A model generated the notes under the pieces. It saw nothing but the letters and a program-made list of their open reading frames with translations. It was not told the origin of the DNA and ran no database searches. Source: Crocinitomicaceae bacterium (GTDB lineage Bacteria > Bacteroidota > Bacteroidia > Flavobacteriales_D > Crocinitomicaceae). From it: a stretch of 64,000 bases of DNA. Where the stretch lies: NCBI GenBank assembly GCA_034111925.1, contig JAWUWJ010000039.1, positions 5,416 to 69,415 on the forward strand, given 5' to 3'. The position numbers were made by a program, and so were the translations under genes. Below are positions 55,035-64,000 of this stretch, piece after piece. How positions within the stretch are numbered: the stretch's first letter is position 1; every line of letters starts with the position of its first letter.

Positions 55035-55679
55035 ATGGGCATTTCTGTTGTCAAATTTACATTCGGTCCTTTTCAAGAAAACACTTATATAGTGCATGAT
55101 GGTGCTTCCTGCGTCATTATTGATCCAGGTTGTTCCAATCGACAAGAAGAACAAGAACTTGTTTCTGTAATTTCTGATGCTAATTTGACGCCAAAAGCGA
55201 TTTTATTGACGCATGGACATATTGATCATATTTTCGGTTGCGATTTCGTTCAAAAGCACTACGGTATTGATTGCTATATGAATGAAACAGATATTCCAAC
55301 CTTTCAAATGGCAGAGCGATCTGCGCAGATGTATGGAATTCCTGGGTTTACACAACCGCCTATTCCCAATGTTCTTTTAAAGGGAGACGAAACCTTGACG
55401 TTTGGTGAAATGACATTAGAAGTACTATTTACTCCAGGTCATTGCGTTGGGCACGTTGTTTTTTACAACCGTGAGAACTCTTTCGTGATCAATGGTGATG
55501 TTGTCATGAAAGGAAGTTTTGGTCGATTTGATTTACCAGGTGGCGATTTGAACACCTTAAAAGATTCGATTCTCAATACAATGTTCAGCTTACCAGAAGA
55601 TACGTTGGTTTATAGCGGACACGGTCCTGAAACGACTATAGGTGAAGAAAAGCATTCGAACCCAATACGTCAATATTAG
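55035..55679 (+). CDS. MBL-fold metallo-hydrolase (glyoxalase II-like)
   Basis: LLTHGHIDHIFG (HxHxDH), a later TPGHCVGH, and SGHG are present. Start moved to ATG 55035. The track's N-terminal extension overlaps the neighbouring lipoprotein gene. Confidence 0.85.
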   Translation: MGISVVKFTFGPFQENTYIVHDGASCVIIDPGCSNRQEEQELVSVISDANLTPKAILLTHGHIDHIFGCDFVQKHYGIDCYMNETDIPTFQMAERSAQMYGIPGFTQPPIPNVLLKGDETLTFGEMTLEVLFTPGHCVGHVVFYNRENSFVINGDVVMKGSFGRFDLPGGDLNTLKDSILNTMFSLPEDTLVYSGHGPETTIGEEKHSNPIRQY

Positions 55680-55684
55680 AACGA

Positions 55685-56809
55685 ATGCGGATTGCAATCA
55701 ATACTCGGTTTTTACTTTCTCACAAGATGGAAGGCTTCGGCTGGTACACTTTTGAAATCGTAAAACGTTTGGTTGAAAACCATCCAGAACACGAGTTCAT
55801 TTTATTCTTTGATAGAAAATACGATCCCAAATTCGTTTTTGGAAAGAACGCGACTCCAGTTGTGATCTCACCGCAAGCGAGGCATCCAATATTGTTTAAG
55901 ATTTGGTTTGACTTTTCCATTAAACGCGCTCTAAAAAAATACAATGCGGATCTCTTCTTTTCTCCAGACGGTTATCTTTCTTTGACTTCTGACATTAAAC
56001 AAGTTGGCGTTATTCACGATTTGAATTTTGAACACTATCCGGAGGACATGAAGCCTGTAATGCGAAAGTATTATTTGAACAATTTTCCAAAGTTTGCAAA
56101 ATTAGCAGATCATATTATTACCGTTTCGGAGTATTCGAAGCAAGATATCCTTTCGAAGTATTCTCTTCCTGAAGAAAAAGTAACAGCAATTTGGAATGGA
56201 GCTTCTGAAGTGTTCAAACCCGTGGACTCAACTACGCGGAGTGAAATACAAGTAAAGTATTCGGATGGTAAGCCTTATTTTCTTTTCGTCGGAGCGATTC
56301 ATCCTCGGAAAAATTTGCAGCGCTTAATTCCAGCATTTGAAAAATACAAATTGAACAATCCTGATTCCGATTATCAATTGGTGATCGTTGGAACGGAGCT
56401 CTGGAGTAATTCAGGGGCAAATCTTGAAATTGATCCTTCAGTCAAAGCACAAATTCATTTTACAGGACATTTACCGTTGGATCAATTGGCTCGCGTTGTT
56501 GCCAGTGCCACCGTCTTTGCATTTGTTCCGTATTTCGAAGGATTTGGAATTCCATTGGTTGAAGCGATGCAATCTGGAACTCCAGTTTTATCAGGAAATC
56601 AAACTTCTTTGCCCGAAGTCGCTGGTGACGCTGCTTTGTATTGTGACCCATTTAGCATTGACGACATTTGCGAGAAGTTAACCACCATCGCGCATGACGA
56701 AAAATTGCGTTCGGAGCTATCTATAAAAGGATTAGAGCGTGCGAAATTGTTTTCTTGGGATAAGTCCGCGGAGAGTGTTTGGAGTGTACTTGAAAAGCAT
56801 CTTGATTAA
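55685..56809 (+). CDS. glycosyltransferase family 4 (GT-B fold)
   Basis: The C-terminal EGFGIPLVEAMQSGTPVL motif (E-x7-E region) is typical of GT4/GT1 enzymes. Confidence 0.85.
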   Translation: MRIAINTRFLLSHKMEGFGWYTFEIVKRLVENHPEHEFILFFDRKYDPKFVFGKNATPVVISPQARHPILFKIWFDFSIKRALKKYNADLFFSPDGYLSLTSDIKQVGVIHDLNFEHYPEDMKPVMRKYYLNNFPKFAKLADHIITVSEYSKQDILSKYSLPEEKVTAIWNGASEVFKPVDSTTRSEIQVKYSDGKPYFLFVGAIHPRKNLQRLIPAFEKYKLNNPDSDYQLVIVGTELWSNSGANLEIDPSVKAQIHFTGHLPLDQLARVVASATVFAFVPYFEGFGIPLVEAMQSGTPVLSGNQTSLPEVAGDAALYCDPFSIDDICEKLTTIAHDEKLRSELSIKGLERAKLFSWDKSAESVWSVLEKHLD

Positions 56810-56917
56810 CAAACTCTTTTTTGAGTATTTATTTTAAGAGAGAATCTGCTTGTCACTTATCTTAGAACGGCACTACCGTTTGTTTTTCAGATTCTGTGAA
56901 TCTTCTTCAATCAAAAG

Positions 56918-59599
56918 CTAAGGCTTTTTCTTCTTAATCACGCACATAATGGAATGGTGGCGTGTAATTCGATATGAAATGTCCATCGTTTCAATGTTGT
57001 TTTGGATATAGGTCATTTCTTCTACTGTCATATATTTACTTAGTATTTCTGACGTTCGATTAAAATTTTCAAGCATCAATAAAGTAGTATTCGAACCATC
57101 CTCATTAACTTTAAATGCGGGATCTGGATAATAGACAGGAAGAGAAGTGTGAACATCTTCAATGATATAATATCCACCAGGATTAAGATGTTTAAACAAG
57201 AAACCAAGACTCACTTGTTGATGGTCCATAGCATGACCACCATCATCTAGGATAACATCAAATCCAGTTCCATATTTATCAATAAACGCTTGTAAATCAT
57301 CTCTATTCGATTGATCGGCAACAAAGGTCTCTATTCCTGTTCCTTTGCTCTTTTCAGAATAATCCCAAATATCTATACCGTAAACTCGAGCATTTGGAAA
57401 GTATTCATTCCACATTAAATGAGACACTCCATTGAGAATACCGATTTCAAAGAACTTGTCCATTGTGTCTCTCATTGGAGCAAATAGAACATCGTAATTT
57501 TCTATGAAGTTGTGACCACTTGGGCACTTATCCGTTGGGAACTCTTCGCACATCTCTGCTAAAGAACTCCATTCACGCTTTTCTGGATTAATTGATACTG
57601 GCTTATCCTGAGTTTCATTTGACGAAGAAGAATTATTTGATGCGTCAAACACTTGATTGACAAATTCAAATGTTTTAAGCGCTACTTTTTCGCCCATTTT
57701 CCGCCCTTCTATATCATCTATAGGTGGATGGATTCCACCCCAGATACGAGACAAACACGTTTCATCTGCCGCCTCTCTGTAAGTTGCCCATTGAAGCGTA
57801 ATAGTTTCACTCGGCCCGTTCTCAAATTCTAAAAACGAATCTTTTTCAAAGGTGATCTCTTTAAGTCCTCCGGGAAAATACGGATCCCCAGTAATCATTG
57901 AAATTATTTCGGCCGCTGCTATCGAGAATGTTGAATGACCAGAAACATACCCTGCAAATGGAGGCGTTGCAAATGAGTAACGTTGGTATGGCCACCAATT
58001 TTCGGCTAGAATCCAGCCGACACCAGCATTGTCAGTTAAGACATTGTCAATCTCGTCTGGCCCTCGCCAAGCGTACAATTTTATCTTTCCAATGTTTTCT
58101 TTGTTCTTTTTTGCTAAAGGATCACCCTTTTTTACCATTTCGATCTGGCCTGGAATTAACGGCAAGCCCTCGACATTGAAATTACTCAAGGTTGTATCTG
58201 AAGATTGTCCCATTTCAGCCATCCAACGAATTGCAGAGATTGGTCGCACATAATCGTAATAGGCTTTAACACTCCATGCTGAAATCCCAGCATCATGTAA
58301 TGCTCCTGAAAGCGCCAAATAAGATTTAATGTCCCATTCCAAATCACTTAAGACAGGTCCTTTTCCACCCCATTTTTTTTCAAATCGAGGATCATCAGAA
58401 GTCATATTAAACGTACTAAGCCAATGTCCGGGAGGTCCCATAGTATTTACTCCATCTACCCAATATTCTGCAATGACACGCGTGTAATCACCACGTTTTA
58501 CAAGATTTGATTTGTACTTCTTATTTGTTTTTGGATTAACAATATTAGGCCTCGTAATGGTACCCCCTTCGAGAAAATTAAAGAATTTATAATAATCTTT
58601 AAAAGGGCCTGGCAACAAACCTCTCGTTGGCCCAATCTTTCCTGGAGAAATGTCAATTTCCACTTCATCTGCAGGATCGTTATGGCCACTCCATGAGTTG
58701 ACGAGAGCAAAATTCCACTGGTAAGCAACAGTATGCTCAGCATTGGCACCAATTAATGGAGGAACTCCAGGATCGTTGTACAAATTGAATTCCAAGCCAT
58801 CTCTAGTCTTGACAACCAATTCATCCTTTCCCATAGCAAATGGCGTAATCTGTCCCCAGTGTGGAGTTAGAAATTCATCTTCTGTTTGAATCAATAAAAA
58901 GTTCCAATCTTTCAAAGTTGAATCCACTCCTTTTTTATGAATATAGTCTGTGAGAGATAAAGGCTGCCACCTATTTTTGAACCTTAAATTTTTATTCCCT
59001 GGTGTCCCTGGATGCAACGCTTGATTCACAGGTGAGTAGAAATCACCTTCGTATCCATTATCATCTCCTGCTGATTCTTGCAGCCCAAAATCGATCAATT
59101 CATACGCAATGTAATTTCCCAAGGCTGCCGGAGAACCATTGCTATAATCTGTTGAGTTAAATCTATGATTAAATCCTAAAGAATCGAACTTTGCAATGAA
59201 GTCATCCATTACACGAACTTTGCTCGAATACGTATTGAATTTTAGAGATATAAATCGAAAAGCTGCATAGTTAATTGCAACATTCATGGCACTATCAATA
59301 TTGTTTGGAAATTCAATCCCTTCAAATTTACATCTATAACTTCCATAGGATTTTCCAAGAAAGAAGGTGTTTAAATCTCCACCATTGTAAACTTCCCATA
59401 CATCATACATGGCTATTGATAAATGAAATAAATTTCGAGCATGGATTGTTGGAGCCAGACCGTCTTTCTTGATTGCTTCAAGGTATTGATCCATCCAAAC
59501 TCTAGCGGCACTATGTTCTTTAACCTCGGATTGTGCATTCGCTACACCATGAGAAATACACAGAGTAAGAATAATAAATCGAACAAACCTTTTTGTCAT
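56918..59599 (-). CDS. signal-peptide-bearing fusion: PAP2/vanadium-haloperoxidase-like domain + class I SAM-dependent methyltransferase-like domain
   Basis: Signal MTKRFVRFIILTLCISHGVANAQ. All three PAP2/VHPO motifs are present: K-AYYDYV-RP, YVSGHST, SRIWGGIHPPID. An S/N-rich linker (ASNNSSSSNETQDKP) follows. The C-terminal ~230 aa carries FFEIGILNGVSHLMW...YGIDIWD...FDVILDDGGH...GGYYIIEDVHTS, a Rossmann methyltransferase pattern. Confidence 0.7.
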   Translation of the reverse strand: MTKRFVRFIILTLCISHGVANAQSEVKEHSAARVWMDQYLEAIKKDGLAPTIHARNLFHLSIAMYDVWEVYNGGDLNTFFLGKSYGSYRCKFEGIEFPNNIDSAMNVAINYAAFRFISLKFNTYSSKVRVMDDFIAKFDSLGFNHRFNSTDYSNGSPAALGNYIAYELIDFGLQESAGDDNGYEGDFYSPVNQALHPGTPGNKNLRFKNRWQPLSLTDYIHKKGVDSTLKDWNFLLIQTEDEFLTPHWGQITPFAMGKDELVVKTRDGLEFNLYNDPGVPPLIGANAEHTVAYQWNFALVNSWSGHNDPADEVEIDISPGKIGPTRGLLPGPFKDYYKFFNFLEGGTITRPNIVNPKTNKKYKSNLVKRGDYTRVIAEYWVDGVNTMGPPGHWLSTFNMTSDDPRFEKKWGGKGPVLSDLEWDIKSYLALSGALHDAGISAWSVKAYYDYVRPISAIRWMAEMGQSSDTTLSNFNVEGLPLIPGQIEMVKKGDPLAKKNKENIGKIKLYAWRGPDEIDNVLTDNAGVGWILAENWWPYQRYSFATPPFAGYVSGHSTFSIAAAEIISMITGDPYFPGGLKEITFEKDSFLEFENGPSETITLQWATYREAADETCLSRIWGGIHPPIDDIEGRKMGEKVALKTFEFVNQVFDASNNSSSSNETQDKPVSINPEKREWSSLAEMCEEFPTDKCPSGHNFIENYDVLFAPMRDTMDKFFEIGILNGVSHLMWNEYFPNARVYGIDIWDYSEKSKGTGIETFVADQSNRDDLQAFIDKYGTGFDVILDDGGHAMDHQQVSLGFLFKHLNPGGYYIIEDVHTSLPVYYPDPAFKVNEDGSNTTLLMLENFNRTSEILSKYMTVEEMTYIQNNIETMDISYRITRHHSIMCVIKKKKP

Positions 59600-59675
59600 A
59601 TTGAGTTTTCATTAAATGATAAATCCAGAGCTAAAGTATATCTTAACTCTGGATTATCTTCGTTTTATTTAAGTC

Positions 59676-62600
59676 CTAATCGTTAACGGTAACTAGACGA
59701 GTCGTTAAAATATTACCCTGTTCGTCCTTGGCATTCACAAAATACGTTCCTGTTAGTAAACGTTCCAATTTAACTTCTACCAATTTATCAATAGTTGTTT
59801 CAGAATAAACCAAACGCCCTCTTGTATCTACAAGCTCTATTTTAACCTCTCCATTCCATTCTCCATTGAGTTGAATTGAGAAATTACCATTTGTAGATGG
59901 ATTTGGGAAAACAATTATTTCAAGTCCAGAATCATTCGCTAGTGGATCTAAGCCTACTGTTGAAGGAACACAAGCAGATGTGTCTGAACAACCATCTTGT
60001 GTGATAATCACAGCAAAGTCACTTCCGTAGGTTGGAGTATAGTTGTGATTTGTTTCACCAGGTAGATTTTGTCCAGTGTTACAATCAATCCATTGGTATG
60101 TTACCCCAGTCGTTGTATTGTTTGAAACAATTGTGATATTATCACTTGCCATTGTTGTTGATACATCGATAGCATTGATTGTTACATCTTGAGTTTGAGT
60201 TGATACATTTCCACATCCATCAGTAAATGTCCATGTTACTATGGTTGTTCCCAACGTATTGATTGGGAATATCACATCTGAAACTCCATCAATTACTCCG
60301 TTACAGTTGTCTGTTGCAGTAGCCGTTGGTGGTGTAATATCACAGAACCCAACTAACCCAGTAAGAGAAGCCACATCGAACAATGGAGCATCAACGTCCA
60401 TAACGACAATCATTTGATACACATCAACTGAGTTTCCACAGTTATCAGATACTGTAAATGTTCTTGTAATTGTTTCAGGACAAGATAAACCATCTGAGAC
60501 ATCTGACACCCATGCAACCACAGGGGCTCCACAATTATCAGCTTCATCGGTAACCCATCCTGTAACCGGAGCAGGAACCTCTCCTAAACATTGAACATTT
60601 AAGTCAAGTGGATTGGACGCCGTTGGTGCGGTAACATCTTCAATGTAGATCATTTGAACTACATCAATACTATTTCCTGATCCATCTGCTACGTTATAAG
60701 TTCGCGTGATTGTATCCTGACATCCATTTCCTGTTACAACATCACTTACGTGAGTTACAGCGATCGCGCTTGTACAGTTATCTGCTTCATCTGTTACTAC
60801 CGCAACATCAATAACAGCATCTCCAAAGCATTCATAAGTTGAATCTGCAGGGTTAGAAGCCGTTGGTGGAACAAGATCAGTCAAAATAGCATTTTGCGTT
60901 TGTGTTGAAACATTTCCATTCGCATCTGTATACGTCCAAGTAATTATTGAATTTGCTGTAATTGGCAATGTTGCATCATTAGACACAGTAACTGCCGAAC
61001 AATTATCTGAAGCTGTTGGCTCAATAAGAGTCGAAATCTCACACAATCCATTGACGTCTCCCAATGATGAAACATCGGCAACTGGAGAAATTGTATCCAA
61101 TACTGTTACAGTTGCAATGCAACTAGTTGAATTTGTGTTTCCGTCAGTTACAGTAAGTGTTACGCTGTTTGCTCCTAGATCAGCACAAGTGAATGCACTC
61201 AAATCAATTCCTAAAGTTGGAGTTCCACAGTTATCTGTTGAACCACCATCTACGTCTGCAGCTACTATTGAAGCATTTCCTACTCCATCCAAATAAACGT
61301 TTATGTTTTGACAAACCGCTGTTGGCGATAATGTATCCATTACGGTTACAGTTGCGACACACATGTTCGTGTTTCCACTGGCATCTGTTCCAGTTAATGT
61401 TACAGTATTCGCTCCTGTGTTTGAGCAAGTGAATACAGTTACATCAATTCCTAAAGTTGGAGCTCCACAATTATCAGTACTTCCTCCATCTACATCAGAT
61501 GCAGCAATCGTTGCGTTTCCAGTTCCGTCTAAATAAACTGTGATGTCTTGACAAATAATAGTTGGAGAGATTGTATCCAGAACTGTAACAGTTGCTGTAC
61601 ACGTATTATCGTTCCCACTTGCGTCTGTTCCTGTTAATATTACAGTATTGGCTCCAGTCATTGAACAATCAAATCCACTTAAATCAATACTCATTGTTGG
61701 AGCACCACAATTATCTGAGCTTCCTCCATCAACATCGGTAGCAGCAATTGTTGCATTTCCTGTTCCATCTAAGTAAACAGTAATGTCTTGACAAACTACC
61801 GTTGGTGAAATCGTATCTAAAACTGTTACAGTAGCTGTACACGTATTATCGTTTCCACTTGCGTCTGTTCCTGTTAATGTCACAGTATTGGCTCCAGTCA
61901 TTGAACAATCAAATGCACTTAAATCAATACTCATTGTTAGAGCTCCGCAATTATCAGAAGTTCCACCATCAACATCCGTAGCAGTAATTGAGACGTTTCC
62001 AGTACCGTCTAAGTAAACTGTGATGTCTTGACACACAACAGTAGGTGAAATTGTATCTAAAACTGTTACCGTTGAAGTGCAGGTATTATCATTTCCACTT
62101 GCATCCGCTCCAGTTAATGTTACAGTATTCGCTCCTGTGTTTGAGCAAGTGAATGCAGTTACATCAATTCCTAAAGTTGGAGCTCCACAGTTATCCGTAC
62201 TTCCTCCATCTACATCAGTAGCGATGATAGAAACATTTCCTGTTCCATCTAAATAAACCGTGATATCTTGACAAACTACAGTTGGAGAGATCGTATCCAA
62301 AACGGTAACAGTAGATGTACAAGTGCTCATATTTCCAGTAGCATCTGTTCCTGTTAATGTCACAGTATTCACTCCGGTATCTGAACAATCAAATGCGCTT
62401 AAATCAATGCTCATGGCTGGTGCTCCACAATTATCAGAACTTCCTCCATCAACATCGGCTGCTGCAATAGTCGCATTTCCTGTTCCATCTAAGTAAACAG
62501 TGATGTCTTGACAAACTACTGTCGGAGAAATCGTATCCAAAAGAGTTACAGTTGATGTGCAAGTTCCTGTATTCCCTGAAGGGTCTATTACAGTTAACTC

Positions 62601-64000
62601 AACTGAATTCGCTCCAGTATCTGCACACGTAAAGCTGGAAATATCAGCAGTTAATGCTACACCACAATTATCTGAACTTCCTCCATCAATATCAGCAGCA
62701 ACAATAGTCGCACTTCCAGTACCATCTAAGTAAACTGTAATATCTTGACAAACGGCAGTTGGCGATATTGTATCTAAAACTGTTACTGTTGAAGTACAAG
62801 TATTATTATTTCCACTTGGATCTGTCGCTGTTAAAGTCACAGAATTAGTTCCGGTGTTTGAACATGTAAAACCTATTGTGCTAATACTTAATATTAAAGA
62901 ACAGTTATCAAAACTTCCACCGTCAATATCGGTAGGTGCGATTGATACGTTTCCTGACCCATCAAGGTAAAGCGTAATGTCTTGACAAACTATTGTTGGT
63001 GATATCGTATCTAGTATTGTAACAATTGATGTACAACTAGAAGTATTTCCTCCCGGATCTGTAACTGTCATTATAACCGTATTCACTCCAAGTTCTGCAC
63101 ACGTAAACGCGGTGATGTCAGCTCCAAATGCAAGGCTTCCTGAACAGTTGTCTGTACTACCACCATCCAAATCTGAACCGGTGATTGTGATATTCCCTGT
63201 TGCATCAAGATAAGATGTTATGTTTTGACAAACTGCACTTGGTGAAACTGTATCCATGACAGTTACTGTAGAAGTACACGTATTTGAATTTCCACTATCA
63301 TCTGTAACAGTTAATGTTACCGTGTTTGCACCTACTTCAGTACAAGTTGCACTTGTCATATCAGCAGTTAACGTAAGAGACGCACAATTATCAGTACTAC
63401 CACCGTCTAAATCAGAAGCACTCCAAATAGCTGTTCCAGCTCCATCAAGGTAAACCGTAATATTTTGACAAATTGCGGTTGGAGAAATTGTATCCTCAAC
63501 TATTACAGCTGCTACACAATTGTCACTTAAACCTTCAGCATCATAAACCGTAAGCGAAGAAGTATTTAATCCTATATCCGAGCAGTCAAATGCAGTAGTT
63601 CCCACCACCATTGATACAATTCCAATATTATCGGTACTTCCACCATCAATATCAACAGCGGTAATTGTTACATTTCCTGTTCCATCAAGGTATACCGTAA
63701 TGTTTTGGCAATTCGCGACAGGCGGTGTAATATCTTCTATCACAAATCCTTCACTATAAATCCCATAATAAGACGGATCTGCCTGTCCCGTTGCACCGTG
63801 ATTAATTCCACTTTGCCATGCGTAAACTGCCTGTGTTGTATCGTTTCCGATGGCAACATCTGAAAAATTTTGAAAATCAGACGTTGTTGTATTAATCAAG
63901 ACATCGTTCGCAAGGAAAGATCCGTTGGCATACATCGTTCGACTATAAACTCCTGTTTTGTCACCATCTGCATCATCATCTGTCCAAGAGATTACATATT
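59676..64000 (-). CDS. giant T9SS-sorted adhesin with HYR-like Ig-fold repeats (5' end outside the window)
   Basis: The frame stays open upstream of the track's Met to the window edge (…YVISWTDDDADGDKTGVYSRT-MYANG). Eleven ~80-aa repeats fit the pattern D-T-I-S-P-T-x-x-C-Q-x-I-T-V-Y-L-D…D-G-G-S-x-D-N-C…N-x-C-T-x-T-V-T-V. About four more divergent HYR-like units follow. The C-terminus reads IIVFPNPSTNGNFSIQL…GTYFVNAKD. Confidence 0.85.
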   Translation of the reverse strand, partial: YVISWTDDDADGDKTGVYSRTMYANGSFLANDVLINTTTSDFQNFSDVAIGNDTTQAVYAWQSGINHGATGQADPSYYGIYSEGFVIEDITPPVANCQNITVYLDGTGNVTITAVDIDGGSTDNIGIVSMVVGTTAFDCSDIGLNTSSLTVYDAEGLSDNCVAAVIVEDTISPTAICQNITVYLDGAGTAIWSASDLDGGSTDNCASLTLTADMTSATCTEVGANTVTLTVTDDSGNSNTCTSTVTVMDTVSPSAVCQNITSYLDATGNITITGSDLDGGSTDNCSGSLAFGADITAFTCAELGVNTVIMTVTDPGGNTSSCTSIVTILDTISPTIVCQDITLYLDGSGNVSIAPTDIDGGSFDNCSLILSISTIGFTCSNTGTNSVTLTATDPSGNNNTCTSTVTVLDTISPTAVCQDITVYLDGTGSATIVAADIDGGSSDNCGVALTADISSFTCADTGANSVELTVIDPSGNTGTCTSTVTLLDTISPTVVCQDITVYLDGTGNATIAAADVDGGSSDNCGAPAMSIDLSAFDCSDTGVNTVTLTGTDATGNMSTCTSTVTVLDTISPTVVCQDITVYLDGTGNVSIIATDVDGGSTDNCGAPTLGIDVTAFTCSNTGANTVTLTGADASGNDNTCTSTVTVLDTISPTVVCQDITVYLDGTGNVSITATDVDGGTSDNCGALTMSIDLSAFDCSMTGANTVTLTGTDASGNDNTCTATVTVLDTISPTVVCQDITVYLDGTGNATIAATDVDGGSSDNCGAPTMSIDLSGFDCSMTGANTVILTGTDASGNDNTCTATVTVLDTISPTIICQDITVYLDGTGNATIAASDVDGGSTDNCGAPTLGIDVTVFTCSNTGANTVTLTGTDASGNTNMCVATVTVMDTLSPTAVCQNINVYLDGVGNASIVAADVDGGSTDNCGTPTLGIDLSAFTCADLGANSVTLTVTDGNTNSTSCIATVTVLDTISPVADVSSLGDVNGLCEISTLIEPTASDNCSAVTVSNDATLPITANSIITWTYTDANGNVSTQTQNAILTDLVPPTASNPADSTYECFGDAVIDVAVVTDEADNCTSAIAVTHVSDVVTGNGCQDTITRTYNVADGSGNSIDVVQMIYIEDVTAPTASNPLDLNVQCLGEVPAPVTGWVTDEADNCGAPVVAWVSDVSDGLSCPETITRTFTVSDNCGNSVDVYQMIVVMDVDAPLFDVASLTGLVGFCDITPPTATATDNCNGVIDGVSDVIFPINTLGTTIVTWTFTDGCGNVSTQTQDVTINAIDVSTTMASDNITIVSNNTTTGVTYQWIDCNTGQNLPGETNHNYTPTYGSDFAVIITQDGCSDTSACVPSTVGLDPLANDSGLEIIVFPNPSTNGNFSIQLNGEWNGEVKIELVDTRGRLVYSETTIDKLVEVKLERLLTGTYFVNAKDEQGNILTTRLVTVND
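61085..63728 (-). repeat. tandem ~240-bp coding repeats (11 units), central units near-identical
   Basis: The peptide DTISPTVVCQDITVYLDGTGN occurs verbatim in four consecutive units. The DNA between about 61325 and 62525 is visibly repetitive. Confidence 0.85.

Noticed and set aside
61085-63728. Regular repeats that could be mistaken for a CRISPR array or satellite
   Set aside because: The units are about 240 bp, contiguous with no spacers, in frame, and translate to an Ig/HYR-like domain. They are coding repeats.

Overview
This window looks like a chromosomal segment of a low-GC Bacteroidota (Flavobacteriia-like) genome. The assignment rests on many T9SS C-terminal sorting domains, TAnnTTTG -7 promoter boxes, and an rpoN-asnS neighbourhood. 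I cannot name the species. I support about 55 protein-coding genes, one tRNA-Ser(GGA), several terminators and several repeat families.

Housekeeping genes are dut, lysS, asnS, rpoN, pth, galE, L-asparaginase, TatD, enoyl-CoA hydratase, a HemJ-like protein, an ExbB/ExbD cluster, and scattered polysaccharide genes (Wzz-like, O-antigen-ligase-like, flippase, GT4, NTP-transferase). These are interleaved with secreted or surface proteins: a BNR/PKD protein, an L-type-lectin protein, a collagen-like protein, a DUF3494 ice-binding-like protein, and a giant adhesin with HYR-like repeats that runs off the 3' edge of the window.

The most interesting region is 20.8-29.9 kb. A soluble multi-PAS/GAF histidine kinase and a LytTR response regulator sit among seven intergenic pairs of a 12-nt direct repeat (tACGwTkGGAAAt). 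The half-sites are 20-21 bp apart, and each pair lies 28-31 nt upstream of a TAnnTTT box. Each pair faces one of these targets:
- a decayed T9SS-CTD ORF
- the kinase operon itself
- a 26-codon ORF
- a 347-aa protein with a tetrad-repeat region
- a roughly 150-nt non-coding unit that ends at a 15-bp-stem terminator
- a T9SS-CTD plus collagen-like operon
- a SPOR-domain gene

I read this as a candidate, apparently undescribed, LytTR regulon controlling surface proteins. That is an inference from sequence only.

Other observations worth a second look:
- a signal-peptide-bearing fusion of a PAP2/vanadium-haloperoxidase-like domain to a SAM methyltransferase
- a DUF3494 protein whose signature segments appear in permuted order
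- a tRNA-Ser-adjacent islet carrying an IS3-like remnant
- an identical 21-nt promoter module shared by lysS and asnS
- several operator-like palindromes and small repeat families

All protein-family calls come from motif recognition by eye. No database search was run.
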